Assembly: GCA_947643415.1 (NCBI GenBank)
Contig: CANRWA010000011.1
Span: 19,548 to 83,547, forward strand
Direction: 5' to 3'
Length of the DNA: 64,000 nt
Origin: an uncultured Clostridia bacterium
GTDB lineage: Bacteria; Bacillota; Clostridia; Lachnospirales; Lachnospiraceae
This document shows, one piece after another, positions 45,410-54,465 of this stretch; within the stretch, counting starts at the first letter, position 1, and every line of letters starts with the position of its first letter. The notes below the pieces were generated by a model that saw only the letters and a list, made by a program, of their open reading frames with translations, did no database searches and was not told where the DNA came from. The translations under genes were made by a program, and so were the position numbers.

Positions 45410-45970
45410 ATGTTTGAACGTTTTTTTCCGGATCATACAGTATCCTCTACTTATGAGATTGATTATGAAAAGCTATACCAGCAGGGATACCGGGGAGTGC
45501 TCTTCGATATTGACAATACACTGGTGGAACATGGAAACGCAGCAGATGCGCGAGCGAAGAAATTATTTGCCCGGTTGAGGGAAATTGGGTTTGAGTGCTG
45601 CCTGATCTCCAACAATAAGATGAAACGAGTTTACCGGTTCAATGAGAACATCGGGGTCCATATGGTCTTTAATGCACATAAACCAGGGAAAAAGGGGTAT
45701 TATTATGCCATGGACCTGATGAATACAAGACCAGAAAATACGGTATTTGTGGGCGATCAGCTTTTTACAGATATTTTTGGAGCGAAGCGGATCGGGCTGA
45801 AAAATTATCTTGTCAAGCCCATCAATGCCCGCGAAGAGTTTCAGATCATATTGAAACGCCAGTTGGAACGGGTTGTTCTCAGGGAATACCGGCTGAAAAA
45901 GAGGGTAGAGAAGAGGAAGAGAAGATGGAAAAGGGAATTGCAGAAAAGATACTCCAGGATGCGCCAGTAG
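45410..45970 (+). CDS. yqeG: YqeG family HAD IIIA phosphatase
   Basis: FDIDNTL, ISNN, HKP, VGDQLFTDIFGA. Confidence 0.9.
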   Translation: MFERFFPDHTVSSTYEIDYEKLYQQGYRGVLFDIDNTLVEHGNAADARAKKLFARLREIGFECCLISNNKMKRVYRFNENIGVHMVFNAHKPGKKGYYYAMDLMNTRPENTVFVGDQLFTDIFGAKRIGLKNYLVKPINAREEFQIILKRQLERVVLREYRLKKRVEKRKRRWKRELQKRYSRMRQ

Positions 45971-47004
45971 AGGGCATTTTGCTGACAGATCCGGCAAATA
46001 TGCGTTATGTTGCCGGATTTACAGGGGAGGGTTATGTATATCTGTCCGGGAACCATATGCTGGTAGTGACAGATTCCCGCTACACGGTGGCCGCCGCATC
46101 AGAATGTCCGGGGTATCAGGTGGTAAAATGGAGTCAGGATGGTTATTATGAACCATTGATAAAAGCGTTGAAAAAGGATGGCATACGGACTCTGGGAATT
46201 GAGGATGAGGAGATGACCGTTGCCGGATTAGACAGATTGTGCGGGGAGATCAAAGAGGCGGGTGTGAAAGAACTGGAGACAGAGCCATTAAAGGATTATG
46301 TGACAGCGTACCGCGCCGTGAAAACCACCGCAGAGATTGCACGGATTAAGGAAGCGGAGGCTATTGGTGACCGTGCTTTTGCCAGGATTCTTCCTAAACT
46401 TGGTACTGGCATGTCAGAGAAACAGGTCGCTGCATGGCTTGAATTCCTGATGAAGGAAGAGGGGGCAGAGGGATTCAGTTTTGATACCATTGCCGCATCT
46501 GGCATCCATTCGGCGATGCCTCATGCAGTTCCCACAGACAGAAAGCTGACAGAGGGAGATTTTCTCACTATGGATTTTGGCTGCAGGTATCGGGGATATT
46601 GTTCTGATATGACGCGTACCGTCGTTATAGGGCAGGCATCCGAACGGCAGAGGGAGATCTATCACACGGTTCTCCGTGCGCAGCAGGCAGCACTGGAGGG
46701 GATGCGTCCGGGCATGACAGGGAAAGAGATTGATGCCCTGGCGAGGGATGTGATCAGGGAGGCAGGATATGGCGACTATTTTGGACATTCGTTGGGACAT
46801 TCAGTAGGGCTTGAGATTCATGAAAGGCCTGTCTTTTCAACAAAGGAGGAGACTGTGATCCGGCCGGGAATGGTGATCACGGTTGAACCGGGAATCTATA
46901 TTGAAGATTTCGGCGGCGTGAGGATCGAGGATGTTGTGGTGATAACAGAGGATGGCTGTGAGAATATCACGTATTCACCGAAAGAATTGAATGAGATCAT
47001 TTAG
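45925..47004 (+). CDS. Xaa-Pro aminopeptidase (M24B)
   Basis: SAMPH, MDFG...YCSDMTRT, FGHSLGHSVGLEIHE, EPGIY...GGVRIED. Confidence 0.92.
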   Translation: MEKGIAEKILQDAPVEGILLTDPANMRYVAGFTGEGYVYLSGNHMLVVTDSRYTVAAASECPGYQVVKWSQDGYYEPLIKALKKDGIRTLGIEDEEMTVAGLDRLCGEIKEAGVKELETEPLKDYVTAYRAVKTTAEIARIKEAEAIGDRAFARILPKLGTGMSEKQVAAWLEFLMKEEGAEGFSFDTIAASGIHSAMPHAVPTDRKLTEGDFLTMDFGCRYRGYCSDMTRTVVIGQASERQREIYHTVLRAQQAALEGMRPGMTGKEIDALARDVIREAGYGDYFGHSLGHSVGLEIHERPVFSTKEETVIRPGMVITVEPGIYIEDFGGVRIEDVVVITEDGCENITYSPKELNEII

Positions 47005-47020
47005 GAGGAACGGGAGAAGT

Positions 47021-48232
47021 ATGAGACCAAAGATATGTGTGCCGATTGTGGCGTCTTTGCGGGACCAGATCGTGAGAGAGGCAAGAGAGGTATCCCGGCT
47101 GCCAGTACAGATGGCAGAGTGGCGCGTTGATTATTATGCTGGTTATGAAAGAGAGCTGCCTGGCATAGTAGAAGAATTAAAGAATGTGCTGGGTGATAAG
47201 GAACTGATCGTGACTCTGCGCACGGAACAGGAGGGAGGCGAACCGAACGGCTCCCGTTTTGATTATTTTGGTATGTTGGAGGAAGTGCTGGGACAGGGCA
47301 GGGCAGATTATATTGATGCCGAGATCAGCCGGGATCCGGAACGATTGACAGCACTATGCCGGAAATACAAAGAAAACCCCACGGGGATCATCGGATCATA
47401 CCATGATTTTCATAAGACCCCCTCTAAGGAATTCATTGTACAGATGGTGGAAAAGGCAAAACAGTGCGGCTGTGCCATCGGTAAATTTGCCTGTATGCCT
47501 TTGGTGCCCGAAGATGTAGATACGCTCCTGGCGGCAACATCGGAGTGTAAGGAGAGAGAACCGGAGTTTCCTGTTATCACTATGTCTATGGGGGAAATGG
47601 GAGTGGATTCGCGTCTTTATGGCGGGCTGTATGGCTCAGAGGTTTCTTTTGGATGTGCAGGACAGGCATCGGCGCCGGGACAGGTTTCCTATGAAAGAAT
47701 GACAGAAGTCTTTGACAAGATCTATGTAAATGGGAAGCATATCTTTCTCATTGGGTTTATGGGGACTGGCAAATCTACTGTTTCCAAAGAGCTGCAGTAC
47801 CGTTCCGGTAAACCGGAGATTGATACCGATGCCTGGATCGAGGAACAGGAGGGGCGCAGCATAAAGGAGATCTTTGAGACAGAAGGGGAAGGATATTTTC
47901 GCCAGAGGGAGACTGCCATGCTGGATGAACTTGGTGTGATGAGGCCGTCTGTAATTTCCTGCGGAGGAGGCATGGCGCTGCGTGGCCTGAATGTCAGGAA
48001 GATGAAAGCGCTGGGAAAGGTGGTTCTTCTGACGGCGGCGCCAGAGACGGTCTATGAACGGGTAAAGGCAAGCGACAACCGGCCCCTTTTGCGGAATCAC
48101 ATGAATGTGGATTACATAAAGGGGCTGATGGAGAAACGCATGCCTTTTTATGAACGGGCAGCGGATATAAGTATTGTGACAGATAACAGGATGATATGTG
48201 ATATCGCAAAGGAGATATTGGAAAGGGTATAG
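47021..48232 (+). CDS. aroD: Fusion: type I 3-dehydroquinate dehydratase + shikimate kinase
   Basis: N-terminal half: EWRVD, TLRTEQEGG, SYHDF, GKFACMP, ITMSMG, APGQ. C-terminal half: IGFMGTGKST, FRQRE, ISCGGG, RPLL (AroK). Confidence 0.9.
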   Translation: MRPKICVPIVASLRDQIVREAREVSRLPVQMAEWRVDYYAGYERELPGIVEELKNVLGDKELIVTLRTEQEGGEPNGSRFDYFGMLEEVLGQGRADYIDAEISRDPERLTALCRKYKENPTGIIGSYHDFHKTPSKEFIVQMVEKAKQCGCAIGKFACMPLVPEDVDTLLAATSECKEREPEFPVITMSMGEMGVDSRLYGGLYGSEVSFGCAGQASAPGQVSYERMTEVFDKIYVNGKHIFLIGFMGTGKSTVSKELQYRSGKPEIDTDAWIEEQEGRSIKEIFETEGEGYFRQRETAMLDELGVMRPSVISCGGGMALRGLNVRKMKALGKVVLLTAAPETVYERVKASDNRPLLRNHMNVDYIKGLMEKRMPFYERAADISIVTDNRMICDIAKEILERV

Positions 48233-48239
48233 GGAATTT

Positions 48240-49799
48240 ATGGGTTTTGAAAGTATATTATATGCTGATACAGGGCAGGAGACGGTTAAGTCAGAGCCTG
48301 TTTATTTTCAGGATCTCCGGCTGGATTATCTGATGGGGATACTGGAGCGTCCAGTGAAGGAGTATGCAGTGCAGCAGCATTACTATACACTACCGGCGAC
48401 AGCAGGTCTGATCCATTACCGCCATGAGGTTTTCAAGGACTTGTCTGTGCCGGCATTATATGAGGGGATAAAGCGGTTTTGCCTGAAGATGCAGAGGGCC
48501 CGCCGTGCCAGTGGTCTTGCCAGTGAGAGCCAGGAGGCAGTTCAGGCAGCAAGTTATCATCTGGAGGCTGCTGCTTTTTATTGGGAAGGGCTGCTTGCGT
48601 TTTGTCAGGAGCTATCCGATTGTGAGTTGGTATCTCAGGGAATGCGTTCTCTGAGAGAGTATCTGGAGAAGCACATGTCGAAGCTTCAGCAGGAGGGATT
48701 TGAAGAGGCGCTGAATCGTGCCCGTGAATTTTTCTCAAAGATCCGTTTCCGGCTTATTGTAGGGGATGAGCATATAACCGTGGAGGAGCTGACAGAGGAG
48801 CCGGACTGGACAGAAACGGAAGGAGAATCGGTCTGGGAGAGGAATTATATGAAGGAGCTGGCAGAGCTTCTGAAATTGGAGACAGATGGGGAAAAGGACT
48901 ATATGGAGGGCATTTTTCCCAATGTTCTGGAACCCTCATATCTGGAACTGACCATGATCCAGATCCTGCGGAAGAACAATCCGGAGATTTTCAGGGAGAT
49001 CCGGGAATTTCATCAGAGATTTCCGGAATTCTATTCCGATAAAATATTGAGATTTGAAGAGGAAGTACAATTCTATATCAGCTTTATGGAATTTAAGAAA
49101 AATACAGAGAAACTGGGGTATTCCCTGCAGGAACCATGCTTGTCACAGGATGGCCGGTTTTCTGGTACAGGGGTGTATGACCTCGCTCTTGTATGGGTAA
49201 ATGCAGGCAGGGATTATATGGTAGTCGCCAATGACTTCTGTTTTCCTGAGAAACCTTCTTTCTTTGTGGTCACAGGACCAAACCAGGGTGGTAAGACTAC
49301 ATTTGCCCGTTCTGTGGCACAGGCATTGTATTTTGCCATGATGGGACTGTATGTCAATGCGGATACTTTTCTTTTTCCATGGTTTGATGGGATATCTACC
49401 CACTTTGAGATGGAAGAGAAGCTGCAGTCGAATTCAGGTAAATTAAAGGATGAGATAGACCGTCTGGCGCCTATGATGCACCAGAATAAGAAACGCCACT
49501 TTATTGTACTGAATGAGCTGTTTACCACAGCAACAACCCATGATGCCCTGATTATGGGCAAGAAGGTGATGAAGTATTTTCTCATGAGGGAGTGTTATGG
49601 AATCTATGTCACACATATACAGGAACTGGCTGAAGAGACAGATACTATCATCAGCCTGGTGGCACAGATCGAGCAAGGGGAAGAGGACAGGCGGACGTAC
49701 CGTATGCTGCCTATGGCAGCCCAGGGATATGGGTATTCGGATTCCCTGGTAAAGCGGTTTGAGCTGCGTTATGAAGATCTGATAAGGAGGCTGACATAA
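48240..49799 (+). CDS. MutS-related protein (ATPase domain V, lacks mismatch-binding domain), paralog A
   Basis: VTGPNQGGKTT, THFEMEE...G.LKDE, IVLNELFTTAT, YVTH. Confidence 0.85.
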   Translation: MGFESILYADTGQETVKSEPVYFQDLRLDYLMGILERPVKEYAVQQHYYTLPATAGLIHYRHEVFKDLSVPALYEGIKRFCLKMQRARRASGLASESQEAVQAASYHLEAAAFYWEGLLAFCQELSDCELVSQGMRSLREYLEKHMSKLQQEGFEEALNRAREFFSKIRFRLIVGDEHITVEELTEEPDWTETEGESVWERNYMKELAELLKLETDGEKDYMEGIFPNVLEPSYLELTMIQILRKNNPEIFREIREFHQRFPEFYSDKILRFEEEVQFYISFMEFKKNTEKLGYSLQEPCLSQDGRFSGTGVYDLALVWVNAGRDYMVVANDFCFPEKPSFFVVTGPNQGGKTTFARSVAQALYFAMMGLYVNADTFLFPWFDGISTHFEMEEKLQSNSGKLKDEIDRLAPMMHQNKKRHFIVLNELFTTATTHDALIMGKKVMKYFLMRECYGIYVTHIQELAEETDTIISLVAQIEQGEEDRRTYRMLPMAAQGYGYSDSLVKRFELRYEDLIRRLT

Positions 49800-51349
49800 T
49801 GGATTCTTGTTTGCTGTATCGTGATTCCTCGACCGATGGGAGGAAAGGGTATTATTCAAGACGTGATATTACCAAGGACTTTAATCTGGATATCCTGTTT
49901 CGGACTATGGCAAGAGAAGATGTCCTTATATTGGAGAAAGTCCGCAAGGTTGTTATGATCCCGCTTACAGAACCAGAGGAAATTCTGTATCGGCAGGAAA
50001 TCCTGCAGGAACTGTATCATTTCGGTTATCTGGCAAAGGGAATGTACGAATGTGCGCTGCGCCAGGAGAAGGCACTGCAGAAGTACAAAGAAGAGAAGGA
50101 ACGTTTTTACAGCCGGTCCACAAGGAAGATCGGGGAGGTTCTGGAGACGCTTGCCTATCTGACACAGGGACAGGAGGAACTTATTGGCCTGCAGAAGATG
50201 TTGGAAGAATATGCTGACAGGATGCAGTCAGAGGGATTGAAAAATCTTCTGGCGAGGTTAAGGGCACAGCCATTGGAGGAGATTGGAACAAAGCTGAAAG
50301 AAATGGAGTTCTTTGTATCAGGTGGCGAGATCGGGTGTACAGTGCAGTTCGGTGGTGGTATGAAGATGGACCAGGTTCGGGTGAACTACTGTGACAGTAA
50401 AAAAAGGCGGGGAGCGCAGTCTACAGTGCGGGGCCTGCAGAAGTTTTATAATAAATTTGTCAAAAAGAATACGATTCCCATTAATTCCAATGTCGTTTTG
50501 CGGGAAGAGGTGGAGCATCTGAAAGAATTTTCAGTGGAACATATGCTGAAGATGTTCCGCCCTTATCTGGGAAGGATGCTGGCCTTCTTTGAACACTTTA
50601 TTGAAGAAATTGCATTTTATATGGGCGTGATCCAGTTTATGAAGCGTATGAAAGAGATTGGAATACCTCTGACAATGCCTGTTCCGGGTCCGGCTGGTTC
50701 AAGGGATACTGCTTTTGAGAATCTCTTCGAGTTGTCTATGGCGGTCTATATGCAGTATATGCCAGTGGGAAATGACCTTGTGATGCATGACAATATTCTG
50801 ACTCTGGTCACTGGGGCAAATCAGGGCGGTAAGTCAACATTCCTGCGAAGTTATGGAATTGCCCAGTTATTGATGCAATGTGGGATGCCGGTTCCGGCAG
50901 CGAGCTTCCGTGCCCCGGTCTACGGGCAGATATTTACTCATTTCACAAGGCGGGAGAGTGAGAAGATGGACAGCGGCCGCCTTCAGGAAGAACTGAAGCG
51001 AATGAGTGATATGGTCAGTGCTGCAGGGCCAGACAGCCTTTTTCTTCTGAATGAATCTTTTGCCAGTACAACAGAGAAAGAGGGGGCACGTATCGCAGAG
51101 GCGATTCTCCGTGCTTTTTATGAGAAAGGGATCACTACGATGATGGTTACACATCTGTATCAGCTTGCCAGTGAATTGTATGGGAAGAGGCTGTCAGGTA
51201 CTACATTTCTGGCAGCAGAGAGACAGGAGGATGGCACCAGAACCTATAAGATGGTACCAGGTGCGCCGAGTCATACAAGTTATGGGACAGATCTGTTTCA
51301 GGTGCTGGAGGACGAGCTGACAGACAGTACAAAACCGCAGTTCAGCTAG
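49799..51349 (+). CDS. MutS-related protein, paralog B
   Basis: VTGANQGGKST, QLLMQCG, SGRLQEEL, LLNESFAST, MVTH. Start overlaps the stop of paralog A (TAATG). Confidence 0.85.
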   Translation: MDSCLLYRDSSTDGRKGYYSRRDITKDFNLDILFRTMAREDVLILEKVRKVVMIPLTEPEEILYRQEILQELYHFGYLAKGMYECALRQEKALQKYKEEKERFYSRSTRKIGEVLETLAYLTQGQEELIGLQKMLEEYADRMQSEGLKNLLARLRAQPLEEIGTKLKEMEFFVSGGEIGCTVQFGGGMKMDQVRVNYCDSKKRRGAQSTVRGLQKFYNKFVKKNTIPINSNVVLREEVEHLKEFSVEHMLKMFRPYLGRMLAFFEHFIEEIAFYMGVIQFMKRMKEIGIPLTMPVPGPAGSRDTAFENLFELSMAVYMQYMPVGNDLVMHDNILTLVTGANQGGKSTFLRSYGIAQLLMQCGMPVPAASFRAPVYGQIFTHFTRRESEKMDSGRLQEELKRMSDMVSAAGPDSLFLLNESFASTTEKEGARIAEAILRAFYEKGITTMMVTHLYQLASELYGKRLSGTTFLAAERQEDGTRTYKMVPGAPSHTSYGTDLFQVLEDELTDSTKPQFS

Positions 51350-51377
51350 AATAACGGCACAGTTAAAAAATTTTTAC

Positions 51378-51406
51378 TTGAAATATGCCAGTAAATATAA
51401 TAAAAT
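51378..51406 (+). promoter_or_regulatory. Sigma-A promoter of efp
   Basis: TTGAAA-N17-TAAAAT. Confidence 0.55.
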
Positions 51407-51464
51407 AGAAAAAGATATGTACATGAACCCATTATATGGGAAACATAAGGAGGAACAGTAGAAA

Positions 51465-52022
51465 ATGGTATCAGCAGGAGAGTTTAGAAACGGTCTTACC
51501 GTGGAGATTGATGGAACCGTTTATCAGATTGTAGAGTTTCAGCATGTAAAACCGGGAAAAGGTGCAGCTTTTGTGCGTACTAAGCTGAAAAATGTTGTGG
51601 ATGGCGGCGTGGTAGAGACGACATTCCGGCCTAATGAGAAATATCCACAGGCACATATTGATAAAAAAGAAATGCAGTATCTGTACAATGATGGTGAGAT
51701 GTACAATTTCATGGATAACGAGACATATGAGCAGATTGCCCTGACTCAGGAGGCAGTGGGAGATGCCATGAAGTTTGTAAAGGAAAATGACAATGTAAAG
51801 ATGGTTTCCTATAAGGGCAATATCTTTGCCATTGAACCACCTATGTTTGCAGAGCTTGAGGTGATTGAGACAGAACCAGGCGTGAAAGGTGATACAGCTA
51901 CGAATGTGACAAAGCCGGCTACTGTAGAGACAGGTGCACAGGTTGCAGTACCGATCTTTGTAAATCAGGGAGACCGGATTCAGATCGATACCCGTACTGG
52001 TGACTATCTGAAGAGACTGTAA
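51465..52022 (+). CDS. efp: Elongation factor P
   Basis: [44 protein letters not shown]. Confidence 0.97.
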   Translation: MVSAGEFRNGLTVEIDGTVYQIVEFQHVKPGKGAAFVRTKLKNVVDGGVVETTFRPNEKYPQAHIDKKEMQYLYNDGEMYNFMDNETYEQIALTQEAVGDAMKFVKENDNVKMVSYKGNIFAIEPPMFAELEVIETEPGVKGDTATNVTKPATVETGAQVAVPIFVNQGDRIQIDTRTGDYLKRL

Positions 52023-52043
52023 TATAGAATTAGGAGTTGACGG

Positions 52044-52080
52044 ACGGCACTGCCTTCTATGATGGCAGTGCCGTTTCTTT
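52044..52080 (+). terminator. Rho-independent terminator after efp
   Basis: ACGGCACTGCC-N9-GGCAGTGCCGT then TTCTTT. Confidence 0.85.
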
Positions 52081-52121
52081 AAGAAACTGGCAATTAATTT
52101 AAGTTAAGGAGAAAATGCAGA

Positions 52122-52817
52122 ATGCCTCTGACACAGAAAATGGACATAATTGCCCATGTGCACAGTGATTTTCGTGATAAATTCGGTATTCCAAGGCAGA
52201 GCAGCCTGGTGCCGGAGTTGGAGTCTGTCCTTATCTTTGAACCAGAATACCGAAATATGGATGCTCTGAGGGGACTGGATCAGTTTTCCCATATTTGGCT
52301 GATATGGCAGTTTTCAGAGAGTGTCAGGGAAGGGTGGTCACCAACAGTGCGGCCGCCGCGGCTTGGGGGAAATGAGCGGCTTGGTGTGTTTGCTACCCGT
52401 TCGCCTTTTCGTCCTAATGAGATCGGATTATCTTCCGTGCAGTTGCGATATATTGAAGATACGAAGAATATGGGTCCTGTCATTCATGTGGCAGGTGCAG
52501 ACCTGATGGATGGGACGCCTGTCTTTGATATTAAACCATATCTTCCTTATGTGGACAGCCATCCAGAGGCAGATGGCGGATTTACAGAGAATTACAGGGA
52601 ATATCATCTGCAGGTTGATTTTCCGGAAGAGTTGATGGAAAGAGTTCCAGACAGCAAGAGAAAGGCATTGTGTGGCGTGTTGGCAGGAGATCCAAGACCA
52701 GCGTACCAGCAGGATCCAGATCGGATCTATGGCATGAATTTTGCAGGGTATGAGGTAAAATTCAGGGTAATGGCAGATGTATTGATAGTATTGGATGTGC
52801 AGACAGGAGAAAGATGA
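52122..52817 (+). CDS. tsaA: tRNA-Thr(GGU) m6t6A37 methyltransferase TsaA/TrmO
   Basis: KFGIPRQS, TVRPPRLGGN...GVFATRSPFRPN.IGLS, DLMDGTPVFDIKPY, DPRPAYQ. Confidence 0.92.
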   Translation: MPLTQKMDIIAHVHSDFRDKFGIPRQSSLVPELESVLIFEPEYRNMDALRGLDQFSHIWLIWQFSESVREGWSPTVRPPRLGGNERLGVFATRSPFRPNEIGLSSVQLRYIEDTKNMGPVIHVAGADLMDGTPVFDIKPYLPYVDSHPEADGGFTENYREYHLQVDFPEELMERVPDSKRKALCGVLAGDPRPAYQQDPDRIYGMNFAGYEVKFRVMADVLIVLDVQTGER

Positions 52818-53317
52818 GTATGGAGTATGAGAATCTGCAGCATGAGTTTCCGCCTGTGTGGGATGAGAGTTCGGAGATATTGATATTGGGCAGTTTTCCT
52901 TCTGTAAAGTCCAGAGAGGATGGTTTTTTCTACGGACATCCAAGAAACCGGTTCTGGGATGTGCTCTCTGCCATAACGGGATCCTTAAGGCCAGTTACCA
53001 TAGAGGAGAAAAAGGATATGTTGATTTCTGCCCATATTGCAATATGGGATGTGATCGCCCGCTGCCAGATCAGGGGATCCAGTGACAGCAGCATCCGGAA
53101 TGTGGTTCCCAATGATATTTCGGGGATTCTTGCGAATGCTCCTATCCAGAAGATATTTGCGAATGGAAGGACGGCGGGAAAGTTGTATGAAAAATATATT
53201 TATCCGGATACTCAGATACCAATCACAGTATTGCCTTCTACCAGTCCGGCAAATGCTGCATGGACAAGAGAAAGGCTTATTGAGATTTACAGGGAAAATA
53301 TTATTATTCCTGCTTAG
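52814..53317 (+). CDS. DNA-deoxyinosine (hypoxanthine) glycosylase, UDG family 6
   Basis: LILGSFPSVKS...FYGHPRNRFW, WDVI..C...GSSDS, LPSTSPANA. Confidence 0.88.
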   Translation: MSMEYENLQHEFPPVWDESSEILILGSFPSVKSREDGFFYGHPRNRFWDVLSAITGSLRPVTIEEKKDMLISAHIAIWDVIARCQIRGSSDSSIRNVVPNDISGILANAPIQKIFANGRTAGKLYEKYIYPDTQIPITVLPSTSPANAAWTRERLIEIYRENIIIPA

Positions 53318-53321
53318 CTAA

Positions 53322-53480
53322 AGTCAAATACCCCGCCCCAGAGGGGCGGGGTATTTGGTCTACGCTCCGCTTCGGTCGTTGCTAAACGAACATCCGCTGG
53401 ATGTTCAGCAACCCTTGCGGGCGTGCTCGGATGATGCAAGCTTGCCTGCACATCCTCACTTTGCCTTCGCGGGAATAAAA
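53322..53480 (-). repeat. Structured non-coding element, copy B (14-bp GC hairpin + 125-bp core at 53346-53470)
   Basis: AAATACCCCGCCCC-aga-GGGGCGGGGTATTT, then a core 110/125 identical to 39442-39566. Lies between convergent genes. Confidence 0.85.
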
Positions 53481-53530
53481 ATGGATAACAGTGATCTGTT
53501 ATCCATTTTTTATGTAAGCAATAATTATAG

Positions 53531-54307
53531 TTAGAATAAATTGGAAAGAGAGGAGAAAGCTTCTGTGATCTCTTCCACAGAATTTTCGATATCTTTGTAG
53601 ATATCATCTGACTGGGAAGAAAGATCCTGCATACTCTTTGCCACAACAGCAAAACCGGCGCCTGCCTCTCCGCTTCTTGCTGCCTCAATACTGGCATTCA
53701 GGGCCAGGATGCGCTGTCTGCTCGATATTTTCTTTAAGTGGCTGGTATATCCATTGATCTGGGTAACTGTCTCTGTAGACTGTGCAATACCTTTCTGCAC
53801 AGCTTCCAGATGAGTGCTGTTCATCGACTTAAAATATTCAAGATTGACCAATTGGTTTGTGATCGTCTCAAGAAGACCTGCTGCAGCGCGGATCCTTTTC
53901 TCTGTGCTTCGAGGCACATCTTTCAGGGCAGCGATGTATTCATCGGGGTCAATACCGAGTTCTCTTGCTGTGGAACGGAACTGTTCCTCGTCTGGTTCCA
54001 TGGGAAGTACCTGGCCACCGATGATCGATCCGACTTTTTCGCCGTTTATAGTGAGGTCGAAAGCGAAATCCATCAGCCCGGCATGGCAAAAATAGGTACC
54101 AGAACACTCGTTATCACATTTTACACAACGTCTGTTGCCTTCCTCGGAACCGCGGGTATACTTCATACAGAAATCAGTAAAATTGCTGCCTTCTGTAATG
54201 TATTCTCCATTGATGCCTACAGCAATTGCCGCAAGTCCGGTGGCGTTGGAAAAATCGTCCTGAATCTTTTGTAGTTTTGATAAATCCATAAAATCTTTTA
54301 ATTCCAT
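53531..54307 (-). CDS. Soluble chemoreceptor: PocR ligand-binding domain + short MCP signalling domain
   Basis: PocR pattern LQKIQD.FS.ATGLA...SNFTDFC...C..CD...Y.CHAGL.DFA..L...G...GGQV. MCP hairpin ILALNASIEAARSGEAGAGFAVVA. No TM segment. Confidence 0.88.
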   Translation of the reverse strand: MELKDFMDLSKLQKIQDDFSNATGLAAIAVGINGEYITEGSNFTDFCMKYTRGSEEGNRRCVKCDNECSGTYFCHAGLMDFAFDLTINGEKVGSIIGGQVLPMEPDEEQFRSTARELGIDPDEYIAALKDVPRSTEKRIRAAAGLLETITNQLVNLEYFKSMNSTHLEAVQKGIAQSTETVTQINGYTSHLKKISSRQRILALNASIEAARSGEAGAGFAVVAKSMQDLSSQSDDIYKDIENSVEEITEAFSSLSNLF

Positions 54308-54465
54308 ATGTTCTACCCCTTTTATTGTTTAATGTTTACTTTAGTAACCGTACACAAATTAATAACTATATATTATCACAATAGTAAGAGAAATGCAATT
54401 ATGAATTTCCTGTTGGTTTTTATTGTTTCGTTCTTATTTAAAATTGTCAGAATCATCCATAAAAT

